This document shows, in pieces, positions 13,260-27,515 of a stretch of 64,000 nucleotides of DNA; position 1 is the stretch's first letter; each line of letters opens with the position of its first letter. The notes under the pieces are model-generated. The model was not told the DNA's origin, made no database searches, and saw nothing but the letters and a program-made list of their open reading frames with translations. The stretch is from Callorhinchus milii (lineage: Eukaryota). Position numbers and translations under genes: made by a program. Location: the NCBI RefSeq assembly GCF_018977255.1, contig NW_024704743.1, positions 38,380,001 to 38,444,000 of the forward strand, read 5' to 3'.

Positions 13260-13583
13260 TGGAGTCCTGTAGCTCAGTGGTTAGAGCACTCGCTTTGCAA
13301 GCGAGAGACCTGAGTTCAATTCCAGGCAGAGGGCGAAACCTTGGGCAAGTTTCCTTACTCCACACAGAGCCTAATAATAATCCCTCCAAAAACCAAAAAC
13401 AATAATAAATTGGTCATTTTCAATCTACGACTGTTTGTGGGACGTTGCTGTGCGCAATTGGCTGCCGCGTTCGCCCACAAATATACAGTCAATTCACTTT
13501 ACAGTGTGTTCTGTGAAGCGCTTTGGGACGTCCTCCCAACGTGAAAAGCGCTGTATCAAATGCAAGGATTATTATTATTATTA
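13260..13583 (+). mobile_element. Full-length young tRNA(Ala-like)-headed SINE
   Basis: A box TAGCTCAGTGG, stem-loop CTCGC-TTTGCAA-GCGAG, B box GTTCAATTCC, L2-like 3' end and (ATT)n tail. tacattg occurs at both ends (possible target-site duplication). Confidence 0.92.
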
Positions 13584-14029
13584 CATTGCCTCCCTTGCCT
13601 CCTTCAATGCACGTCTCAAGACTCTTCTCTTCGACTGTGCCTCCTACCTTCCCCACTCTCCACCCTTCCTGACGGATCCCTGAATATCCAGCACCTTGGG
13701 ACATCTTCCTGATGTGAAAGGTGCTATACAAATGTAAGTTGTTGTTGTTGTCAGGGTAGACTTTATAAGTTCATGGGGCTTGAACTCACCATCTTCCAAT
13801 TCAGAGACAAGACTGCTATCAACTGAAGCAGCCTGACATACATTTAAGAGACTCAACTATGAGAACGATTGGCCACCCTTTTTCTCTCCAGAAAAAGACA
13901 GAGTGAGAATCTGATAGAGGTACTTAAAATTGGCAGGCATAGAAAAGTTGGATGACAAATGTTTTTCCCTGTAATATTTCAAAATAAAAATGACAAAAGT
14001 CAAAAATTGCAAAATTTGTTTTCGTTCAC

Positions 14030-15870
14030 AACAACTTACAACAACTTGCACTTATATAGCGCCCCCCACATCGGGTAGCGTCTCAGACGCTTAAAAGTGG
14101 CAAAGCGTGACTCCGAGCAAGGGGGGAGGTGACCGTAAGCACGGTCGAAAAGGAAGGTTTTCAGATGGGACTTGAAAAAGGGGAGAGAGGGGGCAAGGTG
14201 GAGGGATTGAGGGACAGTGTTTCAGAGTTTGTAGGTGTAATGGCTGAAAGCGCGGCCTCCAATGGTGGGGTGGAGGGTACGAGGGACGAGCAGGAGGCTG
14301 GTGCCAGTGGAGCGGAAGCGCCGGGTGGTGGATTGGGGAGTGAGGAGGTCGGAGAGTTAGGGAGGTGCCAGGGACTGAATAGATTTGAACATGAGTGTGA
14401 GGATCTTGAAGTCAATCCATTCAGTGATCGGGAGCCAGTGGAGCCTGGGCCAGAACTGGTGATTTGTGGATACAGAGTTTGATCTGGGTCAGTATGTGGG
14501 TGACAGTTCTGAATGAGCTGGATCTTGTGAATAGTGGAGCTGGGGAGACGGGGAGGAGTGCGTTTGAGTAATCCAGGCGGGAGGTGACAAACGCATGCAC
14601 GAGGGTTCCAGCTGCATTTGGGGTAAGATACAATCGGAGGCGGGCAATGTGGCATAAGTGGAGGAAAGGGGTCTTGGTTAGCGACCGGATGTAGGGGAGG
14701 AAGGACAGCTAGGGGTCGAACTGGATACCTAGATTGTGCAATAGAGGTGTCCAGTTCGCTGAGTCTATGGGAGAGCCCATGGAGGTTGAGGAGTTTAGAT
14801 CTGCAGGAGTGAAGACGTTGACGGGAGCCAAAGAGTATGGCTTCCGTCTTGTCCACATTCAGCTGCAGGAAGTTTACACTCATCCAGGCTCTAATGTCTG
14901 CCAGACAAGCTGATAGAACTTCGGTGGCCCTGGAGTCAATGCTGGAGGAGGTAAAGTAGATTTGTGTGTCAGCCACATACATGTGGAAGTTTAATCTGTC
15001 TCTGCGGATGACATCACCAAGAGGGAGCATATAAATAATAATAATAATAATAATAATCCTTGCATTTGATATAGCGCTTTTCACGTCGGGAGGACGTCCC
15101 AAAGCGCTTCACAGAACACACTGTAAAGTGAATTGACTGTATATTTGTGGGCGAACGCGGCAGCCAATTGCGCACAGCAATGTCCCACAAACAGTCGTAG
15201 ATTGAAAATAACCAATTTAATTATTGTTTTTAGTTTTTGGAGGGATTATTATTAGGCGTGTGGAGTAAGGAAACTTGCCCAAGGTTTCGCCCTGCCTGGA
15301 ATTGAACTCAGGTCTCTCACTTGCAAAGCGAGTGCTCTAACCACTGAGCTACAGGACTCCACAATGAGGAAAAAAAGAGGGAATAAAGAGGGTGAAGGAT
15401 GGAACCTTGGGGTACCCCGCAGGTGACTGGGCGGTCGCGGGAGGAGAAATCATTTGTCGAGATGAAGTGGAGATGGTTGGTTAAGTAGGACTCGAGCCAT
15501 GCGAGTGCGGTCCCACAAAGGATAAGGGAGGAGAGGTGGTGGAGGAGGATGGCATGGTCGACTGTGTCGAACGCAGCAGAGAGATCCAGGAGGATGAGGC
15601 AGAGGGAGCGCTAGTCCCAGACAGAGAGGATGTTGTTTGTGACTTTGACAAGCGCTGCCTCTGTGCTGTGGGCAGTGTGAAAAACAGACTGCAGGAGCTC
15701 GAGGAGGGAGTGGAGGGAGAGGTGTGACTGAAGTTGATCAGCAACAATGCGGTCCAGGAGTTTAGCAAAGAAGGGTAGGTTGGAAATGGGATGGTAGTGT
15801 GAGAGATTAGAGGGATCGAGGTTTTTTTTTGAGGAGGAGTGTGATAAAAGCAGTTTTCAGGGGGAGTTAA
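14030..15870 (-). mobile_element. Degenerate L2 LINE fragment interrupted by a SINE
   Basis: Minus-strand peptides YMLPLGDVIRR..FHMYVADTQIY..CLADIRAWMSVNFLQLNVDKTEAILFG and LVHAFVTSRLDYSNALL. (CAA)n tail at about 14030. Confidence 0.9.
15034..15362 (-). mobile_element. Full-length SINE inserted into the L2
   Basis: Reverse complement of the 13260 family, with an (AAT)n tail. Confidence 0.92.
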
Positions 15871-15989
15871 ATCAACAATAAGCTTGTGAAATACATTTCC
15901 AATAAAGCAGAACTTAATCATTACCAAGAACCAGCCTCCCTCCACTCATTACCAAGAACCAGCCAAATAAATTGTAATTTTTTGAAAAA

Positions 15990-16550
15990 AATCCTCCATG
16001 CCCTCCATTGCACTCCCCTCCACTGCACTGCCCTCCACTCCCCTCCACTGCACTCCCCTCCCCTCCATTGCACTCCCCTCCACTCCCCTCCCCTCCACTG
16101 CACTCCCCTCCCCTGCCCTCCATTGCACTCCCCTCCATTCCCTCCCTCCACTGCACTCCCTCCCCTCCCTGCCCTCCCCTCCCCTCCCTGCCCTCCCCTC
16201 TGCCCTCCATCCCTCCACTGCACTCCCCTCCACATCCTCCACTGCCTGCCCTCCCTCCCTCACGCACTCCCCCCCTACTGCACTCCCTCCCCTGCCCTCC
16301 CCTACTGCACTCCCTCCCCTACTCCTCCATTCCCTCCACTGCACTCTCCCACTCCCCTCCACTGCACTCCCTCCCTGCACTGCTCTTGCCCTCCCCTCCC
16401 TGCCACTCCCCTCCCTGCCTCCCTCCCCTCCTCCACTCCTTCCGCCCTCCATCCCTCCCTCCCCTCTGCCCTCCCTCCCCTCTGCCCTCCACTCCTCTCC
16501 CCTGCCCTCCCCTCCCCTCTGCCCTCCACTCCTCCCCCCCCCCCCCCCAC
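15990..16550 (+). repeat. C/T-rich minisatellite, (CCCTCCACTGCACTC)-like units built from pentamers
   Basis: Directly visible; it produces the spurious Pro/Leu/Ser and Gly-rich ORFs. Confidence 0.95.
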
Positions 16551-19500
16551 TCCTGTGTCTGTGCGAAGGAGGTGCTTTAATTGTAACCCCGTCTCTTCCT
16601 GGACTTAGGAGCTTTCTTGGTTGTAGTTTTTTGGGGGAGGGGAGGGAAATGCATCCTTTTCCTTGGGAGGTTTCTCTAACCGCCCCCCACTGAGTGTCCC
16701 AGGGCTGGAGGTGTGGGGTGTGCAGTGGATGTTTGGATGGTATCAGCTGTCAGCTATTACATTGTATCTGAGGACAAGGGAATAAGGGAATAACAACAGT
16801 TTCTTAGATACATTGTGTTCAGGGAACCTCACCGAAACTTTTCTTTTTTTAACATGTCTTCACTCTTTTTGTTTCTGCTTTTGATGGTTGCACAGGAAAT
16901 AACTTGTATAATTTGAGAGCCTTGTCGTTGTTGTTGAAATTCAAGTGTTTCACGACCACATCACCGAATAATTCTTGCATGTGATATTAGCACCTTTCGT
17001 GTCATTGAATGTTTTAAAGTGTCTCATTTTTTAAAAAAACTGTAAAGTGCAGTAATTATTTTGCAAGTGAAATTGTGGCAGCTGATGTGTGCACAACATT
17101 GTCCCACAATCAGCCATAAAGTGACTGACCAATTTTTTCCAGGGAGATTGTTGACCAGGACGAGAGAGAAACTTCTTTCACTTATTGAATACTGCAATGG
17201 GATCTTCAAAGTCTACCTGAATAGGCAGACAGGACCACCCAGGTCCCAGCATAGGCTAACCCAATGCTACCCACATCCTCAATGTCTGTTTATTTCTAAA
17301 TTCTTTCTATTTTTAATTTTACCTTATAGTCATTCCTTCAATACCAAACACCATCCCTTGTCAAGTTGCTAAATAGGTGGCCTATTACTCTTATCATGTT
17401 TAAAAGAGAGCAGGATGTTTACTGAACTCCACACCTTATCACCCCAGGTTCCAGAATGGATCGATTTCACAAGTCTCACACTCATTGCAAATCACTTCAT
17501 ACTCTGACACGTCTCTGCCTCGCCGTCTCCTCTATCCCCGGTGGAAACAAGCTCCATAGGCTAAATAATCTCTTCCTGTTTCTGGTTTTCTTATATTCTT
17601 ATCATTCCATGGACAGGTGGGGGAGGAAGGAGAGAGAAATTTGCTTTTCAAAAATCTACTTCAACTTATTGGTTTAATTTTGTACTGATTTTATATCTGA
17701 ACGGGAAGCAAATTACTCCCATTGGGTAACTGGTGTCATACATCTTTCTTAACTATATTATAATAGTTCTTGCATTTGTATAGTGTCTTTTACGGCCGGA
17801 GGATGCCTCGAAGTGCTTCACAGGATATGCTGTAAAGTGGAGTGGCTGTTTTGTGGTAAATTATAGTGGATGTCAAATAGAATCATAGAATTATACAGCA
17901 CACTCAGGAGGCCAGTCGGTCGCCCATGGTGTCTGTGCCGGTTCTTTGAAAAGAGCTGGCAAATGGGGGAAGTAGTGAAAATTAGCCTTTTGAGGAGGAG
18001 ATTATTCAAGTGCTGCATATATTGTAAATAAATTATGCTCATAAACCGTCATCAAAGCTCTTTGGCCGATATCTTTGCACTCCTGTGTAAAAATGCAGGT
18101 GTGCCTTACTGTTTCACTATTAACGTTGGAGTAAGTCTGGAATACGATGTCCTCCCTACTTCTGTGACCTGCTTACCCTATACCATCCTGTCTGCTCTCT
18201 CACTCGATAGGCTCCCTCCACTCGTTGGGCTTCAGCCTGCTCCATCTCTACCACTTTGCCCACCATCAGCGGTCAGGCCTTCAGCCATTCTGCTCCGACC
18301 CTTTGGAAATCCATCCCAAGGTCGCCTCGCCTCCTTCAAGGCCCAGCTCAAAACCTTCCTCTTCAACCGCGCTTTGGTCTCTCTCCCTCCCTGTCCTCCA
18401 TCCCTCCTGATCCCAACCCCCAGTATGGGTCCAAATCCTTGATTGTCCAGCGCCTTGGGACGTCATCCCAACATGAAAGACGCTATACAAATGTAATTTG
18501 TATGTGTTGTTCTGTGTCAGTTTTGCATCTGTGAGAATCAAACATTGTCCACTTCTCATAATCTCCTTCCGCTGGCATCTCACAGTGAAACAGCTGTCAA
18601 CCCACACCCCTGAGAACTGGAATGACACTGAACCACTGAACCAAAACAGATTCAGCAGTGGCTTATATCCTTATTTCTGTTTTAATCTTATTGGGTTGTC
18701 TGTAGACATATCACATTTGAACCTGTTCTTTCACAACAGACGATGAGGACTATTTACACCATTGATTATTCAGCACAGTTAAGAGTGAACTGTAGTATGC
18801 TTTGTTGATTTTATTAACTGCTGTAAAGTTTGCTGTTGTGGTTACCAGCTGATCCATTCTAACTACACCTCTGACTGCCATCTGTTCTGCTTATGAATGT
18901 TATTTTCAAATTATCTGCTGAGTGTCATGGCACCCTTTTTGGAGATGCTGTTTTTGTTGAGCAATTTCCTCTGGCATGAATTTTATCCATAGACACTGAA
19001 GGATGCTTCATGCAAAGGAAGCTGTTGTAAATTATAAATTGCTTACAGCCAGGAATGGCGCAGTGAATTGTATAAATATGGGTTGCAAAGAGTTAAAGAC
19101 GAAACCTTATTCTCTTTCCTTCCCACCCCCACTCCACTAATATTCGGATCTCAGCTGCTCTGCTATGAGGAGGGATCAAACTTAAGAGGGAATCATCACT
19201 AGGCTTCTGTCATGAATCTTTTGAGTGTCTATCTATATTGTTTGGGAAGCAAATTGACTGAGGAAGTGTGTGGTCATGTTATGCCTGAATAATTTGTTTT
19301 TGGGGAAGGAAGAGCTTTCTCTGCTCTGCTCCAATCTCAGAAAATCGGAGACGAACACTGAACCATTTTTCACTGACTACCTTCAGGTGGATGATAACAA
19401 AACTATAGCACAGTCTGAACACTTAGGTGAGGTGCCAAAGAGCAACCACTACCCAGGAACCACACCCCAGTAAGAGCAGGTTAGATTAGTAGCACAGAAG

Positions 19501-20696
19501 TGTATGCTAGTTGGGAAGAAAGATTAGAATGGTATAAACCCACTTGTAACTACTAAACTAGATTATAAAGTGTAATTACCGAATGTATATGATCAAAGAC
19601 GGAAGGGAGTTGGTGAAAGGTTGCCTTTGGCTTCAGATGATCGTGAATCCTAGCTGGACAAGGAGCGGGACAGTTTGCAAGACACCAATATCAATGACAC
19701 ACTATGCGTTTTTTGCTGGTTAGACTCCAGCAGTATCCCAACACCTACTCTGGGGTCTCTTGTTAGCCAGTAGATGAGAGATAACAAATACAGTGTTGAT
19801 AACCACTTAGAGCTTTTCCCTGAAACAGGCATTTCCTGATATCTGTTTTTCCAAGATATAAATTTAGCGTGAGTTAGTGTTGTTCTGAGATGAACTCCTA
19901 TTTGGTAGGTACATTTGCAGCTAGATGTTGCTCAATTAATCTTGATTCCTGTAACAATCTTGATTGTAGTAACAGTTTGTGAAGTCACTATTCTATCCCA
20001 TAGGTTGCTTGTTGATTTGGGTTGTGTTCAAGTGTAAGTTTGGTGCTTGAATGACGAACAATAAATACGTTACTCGATGATCAGTCATGGTGAAATTATA
20101 TCTGAGAATTAGGAAGGAAATGGTTTAACGTGGCACAAATTGCCATTTCCTCCCTTTTCACAAAGCCCAAACAGAAGGAAGGCTGTTTACCATATCACAG
20201 CATGAAGCTGCTTTTTAAATTAGTCCAGTGTCCTGGCCTCAACCACCTTTCCTAGCAACCTGTTCAATTTGTTGATTACCCTCTAATAATAATAATCCTT
20301 GCATTTAATATAGCGCCTTAACACATCATCAAGATGTCTCAATATGCTTCACAGGATATGCTGTTAAGTCGTTTTGACTTGTTGTATTGTGGGTGAAACG
20401 CAGTAGCAAGTTTGCGTACGCAATGTCCTACAAACAGCCATGGAATGAGTGACCAACTTTATTTGGGGATTTGTTGTCCAGGATAACGGGAAAAACACTC
20501 TTCTCTTTTTGGACAGTGCCATGGGATCTTTAACCTCCATCTCAACAGGTAGCCAGGACCTTGATTTAATATCATATAGCTTCGAACAGTCAACTTGGGC
20601 TTTCACTTACTCAAAAAAAGTCTATGAAATTGGTCAGACAAAACTTACTTTTTCTGAATCCATGTTGGCTGTATTCAACTAGGTAAGTGAAATCTG

Positions 20697-21013
20697 TGGA
20701 GTCCTGTAGCTCAGTGGTTAGAGCACTCGCTTTGCAAGTGAGAGACCTGAGTTCAATTCCAGGCAGGCGAAACCTTGGGCAAGTTTCCTTACTCCACACG
20801 CCTAATAATAATCCCTCCAAAAACAAAAACAATAATTAAATTGTCATTTTCAATCTACGACTGTTTGTGGGACATTGCTGTGCGCAATTGGCTGCCGCGT
20901 TCGCCCACAAATATACAGTCAATTCACTTTACAGTGTGTTCTGTGAAGCGCTTTGGGACGTCCTCCCGACGTGAAAAGCGCTTATCAAATGCAAGGATTA
21001 TTATTATTATTAT
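20697..21013 (+). mobile_element. Full-length SINE
   Basis: Same head, body and (ATT)n tail as the 13260 copy. Confidence 0.92.
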
Positions 21014-24000
21014 CATTTCACAATGCGAGCATGGAAGACGGAACCTATGGTGCATAGTTTACACAATCTTCACACTATTTTGTTGAATATAAATGAATTG
21101 GCAATGCTGTTGTGTGTGTTTGGTGCTCCCCAGCTGGTTGACATTAACAGTTGCCATGTCTGAACACGATGAATACTGAGATGGTTGTTCTCAAGTTGCA
21201 TGGGCACTGTGGTCCCGGTCAGCTTTCCAGTGCAGAGAAAGTACAGAGCCTCAAGGTGTGCTGCTTGTATCCTCAAATAACTCTCAGTCATAGCTTGATT
21301 TTCACTGGAGAATGTGCCTATAGAGCCTCTATAAAACAAAACAATAGCTAATTCCAAGTGTGGCAATTAACCGCAAAATTGGGAAGTAATAAGAAAGCTG
21401 ATTTTTTTCTTATTTACGTACATGCCCAAATAATTCTGTTGTTCACACTCTTGATATTGAGTGCCAGACATTCAGATCATATTATTGTGTGACTGATAAG
21501 ATATAAATCACCCGATTTTGATGTTTATTTGCTTTCCTTTAGTTTTAAAGTTTTGGGTCTGCCTCTTCTCCAGGTTCGACATCGTTCCTCTCCTGTCGGT
21601 CTGTCTTTCCTGCTCCTGTCTTTGTCACTCCAGATGTACATGTCTTTTTCCAGACACTGGGAACTCTTGCATTTGCTTGGCAATTCTGTGCAATATAACA
21701 TTGCTAACTTAGAGTAATTATGTGCACTCTATGCAAGAATGACTTTTTTATTTACTTCATTTGCCAATAGCAGTGGTGTTGCAGGTTGCTGTGACCTGTG
21801 GCTGTGATGAACTGTTCAGCTTCATGCCTTTTGATTTAGAGGTGATATTTTAAACTAATGGAGATTAATCGGTTATGGTAGCAACTGTTGGAACAAACTT
21901 GCCTCCTGTCACTCCATTGCACAGTTAGATGCTACACCACTTTGCCACAACTAATGGACTAATTCCCTACCTGGGCTTTATTATAATAACCTTTGTATTT
22001 AATATACAAGTTGTATTTAAATAGTCCTTCACTCAGGTAGCACCTCAGAGTGCTGTCATATTGGGAAGATATCTGTATATGCTTCACATGATACATTGTA
22101 AAGTATGGTGACTACTTGTAGATGAATGTGGCAGCCAATTTTTGCATAGCAGTTTTCCATAAAGTGATTGACCAATTTTATTTGGGCCATTGTTGACCAA
22201 GACACTGGCTTTGCATATCACTACAGCAACATACTGGATTCTGGATTCTGTAAATGTTAATTCTTCATCTACTGCATTGTTCTCCTGGTCTCCATTTCAG
22301 TGGACATCGCTAGTGCACAAGAACTACTAGCGCACGCTTCATTTGGTGAGTTGAAGTCTGTAAACAATTTAGGGAACCAGTCACCTGAAACACAAGGCTT
22401 AATCATAGTGTAGGCTGACACTCCAGTGCAATACGGTGGGGGGGGGTGCATTGTTGGAGATGCCATATTTCGAATAAGACATTAACTGAGGTTCCCCTAC
22501 CTGTTAAAGATTCCACTATTTGAAAAGAGAAAGGAGTTTTCGTGGTGTCGTTGCCAACAATCCCCCAGTGATTCACTTCATCACTGCTGGTGGGACACTG
22601 ATGTGCACAAATTGGCTGTTGCATTTGGCCACATTGCATATGTAGTAAATCACAAAGCTCTTTGCAGGATTTCACTGTAAAGTATAGTGACTGTGTAACG
22701 TTAATTCCCACACCTCTGTCAGACTCGTTGTGTAGTCGATGACATGAGGCATATGAGCGTTATTTGGGGTAACTGGTTAAAATGAAAATATGAAGTCTAC
22801 CTTAATGCTTTTTTTCTTTTGCCACTTGCCGACTATTAGCTCAGAGAGGAACATTTGGTCTTGAGTCACCCCTTGCTGTATACATTTTTTAAAGGGCACA
22901 CATGCACATACACATACAAAGTAAGGGTTATTTGAATCTAGCGAGAGGAAAAGGTTGCAATTATAGGAGAACACTTTCATATACATGGGTTGAAATTTTT
23001 TTCACACGCTACTGTGAGGATGTGACTCATTTAAAGAAAATTAATGTGCAGCCACCAAAACTAATCAATGTAATTGGTTGAGAAAATATTTTACAAACAG
23101 AAATGGCAGAATGAAGATAATTAACTGAAAAGTAAAAGGAAATGGATCAGAGAGAAGTGTGTGTTGCCACATAGCTCATTTTGAAATCCCTTTTAATCAA
23201 GACATAACCACGCACACAAAATAGTAATCGTTGTACCAAGCCAGGACTATCAACCAGCTTGGGACATGCTCGTGACACCCGAGCCGCTGTATAAAGGCCA
23301 ATTTATACTGTATCATCGGCCTGAGGGGAGGTTCTAGTCAGTGATGACTATTTTGCTCTGTGATTCTAGCAGCAATGATCATATCGCTTGGCTTATTTCC
23401 CACTTCCCCAACCTATGGAGTCTTTATACATGATTTGAATCCATAAACCAGTGCTTGGTCCTGCAGCAGAATTTGGCTAAAGGGATGTAAAAAGATACAT
23501 CGGCGCTGTGTCAGTAAAACACTCTGCAAGGTTGAGGTTACTGCTAAATCACTCAAAGTCATGGCGAATTAAATTTTATTTATATTTTTTTCTCTCCATG
23601 TTCAGGTATCTGTATGATTTGGGGAGGAGAGGGGGGGAATATGTGACCTCCCTACCCCCCCCCTCCCCCAATTGGACTCAGTTTTTCATTTTGTCTCCAA
23701 GAAATTAGAGTTTTCTTTATTGGATTTCCATCAGTTGAAATCACAGCGTCTCTCTGCTCAACCCCCTCCGGATTGGTACAGCTCTGATAAAGCTCACTGG
23801 GTGGGGAGTTAATTATAGGTGTAATCCACAAGAACACAGCAACAACTGTATTCTGAATATGTTGCAGTGGAAAAATCAGTTTCTGTTCTTTATCCCCTCC
23901 CTCCCCCCAAACGGCAAGTAAATTGAAATTTGCAATCAGTAAAATTGGGAGGGATAGGGGCGGGAGAGAAAAAGCCAAACTGATCTAGCCAATATAGTGT

Positions 24001-26446
24001 GGTTCCCACTAACACTTGTGATACATTAGAAGCTCCCTCATGTTTCCAGTGCTTTTTATGTTTTACGTTGTGCAAATGACTTTCACCTATTAGTTCTGCT
24101 ATTCTGGGAGGGTGGGGGGAAGGGTTTGATAGTGGAAAAGACGTGAGAACCCCAGTTGCAACTTATGTGCGCAAGTGAGCCAGCAGATATTTGTGATTGG
24201 ATATCTTACACGGGAAGCTTAAAAAATAAAAGATGTGAGTAAATAGACTGAATTTGCAAAGCTAACAAACAAATGAAATTAGCCTCTGCACATGTCATAA
24301 AGCACAAGTACAGCACAAACAGGTAATAAAGGTCAAAGGGATACTCTCAGCAGGCGTGGACCAGACAGAAGACTTCCTAGAAAAAAATCTTGTGTAAAAT
24401 CTGTCTGAAGAACAAAGCTGTTTTGACTGTTTGCCAGATTCTATTGTTATCATGAGGATTTATAGTAATTTGGACATTTCTTTATTATTAAATAAAACGT
24501 TCCTAAGGAATTGTGTATTTATCACACTTATCTGAATCCCCAGAGCTCCTGCTGGTTCAATATTGGATTTTGACCCTGGATTCAGCCTCCTTGGTCCAAT
24601 TACTGAATTATTAATTTTCCTTTCAAAAAACATTCTTTCTGTTGAGACAGACTGAGGAAGCATGCCAGATTAGGTTCCTGATCTGAGTAGAAAATGAGGA
24701 ACAGCATGTGAATAAGAAAATTTGGCCATAAACAAATGTGATTAACTAGTGTATTGACAGCCTGAATTACATTAGAAAAGGGAAAATGTTCATATTTTAT
24801 TCAGAGAAGTTTAGACTTCTCAGATTTTATGGTTTTTGGAATGATGGTATTTTGGGAGAAGGAGTAAGTTGAGAATTTATACTTTTGAGATGAGGCTGTC
24901 TCAAGATCTGCTAGATACAGTTTTCATTTATGTTCCTGACAAGTGACTAATGTGCCTGGGTTGTAATTTAAGAAATGAATGCAGAAATTATGGGTTATGG
25001 CCAAAACCACATAGCACACAAAGAGATTTGAACTGCATGCTATTATGAAAGTTCTTTTTAGATTAATTTGTTCTTAAACTCATGGCTGTTTTTCGGGACA
25101 TATCTGGCACAAATCCAGACAGTACACTTGATAGTAATTGCCAGCAAAGTTGCTTTGAGAAGTTTTGACATGGTAAGGTGCTGTAAAATGCAAATGCAAA
25201 AATGCTATAAAATCATATTTAATCCGTTTTTTTCCTATTTCTTTTATCTGAACTGCTGGAGAAAAAAGGCTCGGGTGGGAACCAACAGTATTAATGTATA
25301 TGCCTTTCCAGACCACCTAAATGTGGAGCTTGATTCAATGGATTTCAAAAGAGAGCAACTTTTTTTTTTCCTCTCTAGTTACATTTTGGGTGACTTATTT
25401 ATTCTTTGACCTCCTTCCTGTCATGATCTCTCTGAATGCACTTTCCAATTCAAGACTAAATTTGTGTTTAATTAACGTCCTGTGCCCATTTTGAAGAAGT
25501 CCTCAGATTGTTCCACTCCTATTTCACATAGAAGTTTGCCAGAAAGAAAAGGCTTTCAGCTCACCTTGTGGACTAGATTTGAGCCTAGGTCTGGGAGATG
25601 AAGGACTGAGATCTAAACTAAAAGTAATTCGAATTTTATAATTTATGTTTTTTAAACAATGCACAAAAAGTTAGCAAACAAACCCATTGTTTCTTTTAAT
25701 CCTTTATTTTGCTTTATCAGTTACGAGAGTGGATCATAAAATTCATATTGACTTTGTTTGAGATTTCAATATAAATATCATTTAAAAAAAGCCTACGAAG
25801 GGGGTATTTGATGTATGATTCAAATCTTTCTGAATAAGAAAAATCGCACTATAAAATATTTCACATTTTTGTGCAATTATAAAATTCAAATACATTAATT
25901 TCACATTATGTGATGCTGGCTTTCAGCCAAATCCCATGTTTCATTTGAAACCTTGCATCAAGATTTTAATTTGTCACTGATCCTTTTTGCACCAATCCAC
26001 ATCCATGTGTTCAGAGTGGAGTTTAGGTGGTCTGTGTCTTAAACATCCTGCATATAAATACTAGAAAGTTGTGACTTTATTTTATGCATTTTTTTAGATT
26101 CGGCAAAAAGCTATTGACCAATGACTAGGAGAGAAACCTAAGGCTGCTTGACCAATATTCTCTTTGACTGCAAATTGGGGCTACTTCGGAGAGCCACTGT
26201 TACTTATTAATGGGGTCTGGCACTACCCCTTGTTCTGAAAATCTGTGGCCTGGAACGCTTTTCTCAGGCAACTGAAGGAAAGTCTTCTGATCCAATGAAG
26301 CTTCACGGAACAGAATATTTTAGACATTATTTGAAATGATTGACATGTAATGGATGTTTGTCTAATTAATCAAACTAAGCACAATGTTCAGCTCCTTGTT
26401 CAGTCAATAGGTGGAATATGAGTTAGCAGGGATGTGGTAGATCTGT

Positions 26447-26767
26447 GATAATAATAATAATCTTGCATTTGATAAAGCGCTTTTCATGTCTTCTGACGTC
26501 CCAAAGCGCTTCACAGAATATCTGTAAAGTGAATTGACCTGTATATTTGTGGGCGAACGCGGCAGCCAATTCGTCACAGCAGATGTCCCACAAACAGTAT
26601 GGATTGAAAATGACCAATTTATTATTTTTTTGTTATTTTTGGAGGGATTATTATTAGGCTCTGTGTGGAGTAAGGAAACTTGCCCAAGGTTTCGCCCTGC
26701 CTAGGAATTGAACCCAGGTTCTCACTTGCAAGCGAGTGCTCTAACCACTGAGCTACAGGATCTCCAC
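26447..26767 (-). mobile_element. Full-length SINE
   Basis: Reverse complement of the same family. Confidence 0.9.
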
Positions 26768-26915
26768 ATTAGATTAGATCCTAATTCGGTGCACTGTTGC
26801 TGCAAGTTAATAGTTATAAATTCTTGAAATAGCAGCAAACTTACTGCTAAAGCTTTTGTTCTGTCTGTGTGGGGGGAAAAAAACGTTTCTAAATTTAGCT
26901 ATTTTCTCTTTACAG

Positions 26916-27072
26916 AAGAAAAAGCCCAATCTGTGAGACAAATGGTCTCCTGGATCATAAGATATGCCTGGAAAAAACTGCAGAATCCAGTCGTGGTTGG
27001 CCTAGCAGCATTATTGGCGAGCTCCTGGTTTATCAGGACGCCTTACAATTGGGTAGGACATCTTCTAAAATG
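26916..27072 (+). CDS. OTULINL: Duplicate copy of OTULINL exon 2 (in block A1, ahead of the assembly gap)
   Basis: Same sequence and splice sites as 46723-46879 (offset 19807). Confidence 0.7.
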
Positions 27073-27490
27073 GTGAGTATATATCATCACTGACTGTTGC
27101 AATCCATGTGATTGCAGGAGGTCCCGGGACAGTGAGAGGGAGCCCCTGCCATCCTGAATACCCATTGAAATGGCCTCCCTGCCAACCTAACCTTGTTGGG
27201 TTTGTGGAGGGGTGGGGGGCACGTGATGTATGGACACCTCGTTGTAGTCAATCCATAGCCACTCCGGGTCCACACTGGCTGTTCGCCAGCCAATAGCTGC
27301 ACCGCCTGGGAGGGACATCTGCCCACTAGATCTGGTTGCCTGACCCCCGGAATTGAGCTTTGCGTGGGAGGCCCCCGTGAGGCAAATGCCAGCCCTGGTG
27401 TATATTGAAGGTCAATGTTATGGAGATAGAAAAAGTAATGAGGCTTTCTGCAAAAATTAACAATTGGTTGGTGAATCCATTGCTGGATCT

Positions 27491-27515
27491 NNNNNNNNNN
27501 NNNNNNNNNNNNNNN
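27491..27515. other. Assembly gap (25 N)
   Basis: Run of N. Confidence 1.

Larger units (their letters stand above)
16440..27490 (+). repeat. Block A1, an approximately 11-kb near-identical direct duplicate of 36140-47298
   Basis: Colinear identity from gtgtctgtgcgaaggaggtgc to gtgaatccattgctggat. The differences outside SINEs are mostly 1-2 bp indels. Confidence 0.95.

Noticed and set aside
13260..13335. tRNA-Ala-like sequence with A and B boxes (and its other copies)
   Set aside because: There is no proper acceptor stem, and it always runs into the SINE body and (ATT)n tail. These are SINE heads, not tRNA genes.
13435..13683. Recurrent ORF MWD(I/V)[20 protein letters not shown] (also near 20775, 40665, 50468 and 53419)
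   Set aside because: It is a translation of the SINE body.
15918..15964. 19-bp direct repeat tcattaccaagaaccagcc
   Set aside because: A local micro-duplication beside the minisatellite junction, possibly related to the assembly; no function is evident.
15886..16693. Long Pro/Leu/Ser- or Gly/Glu-rich ORFs (also 27087-28637 and 31811-32864)
   Set aside because: They are open in nearly all frames on both strands because the minisatellites lack stop codons; this is not evidence of proteins.
23957..24240. GC box plus CCAAT and a nearby ATG...gtgagt as an OTULINL promoter and first exon (duplicate near 43760)
   Set aside because: The best donor would join exon 2 as T+AA, a stop. The motifs are short and the region is not CpG-rich.
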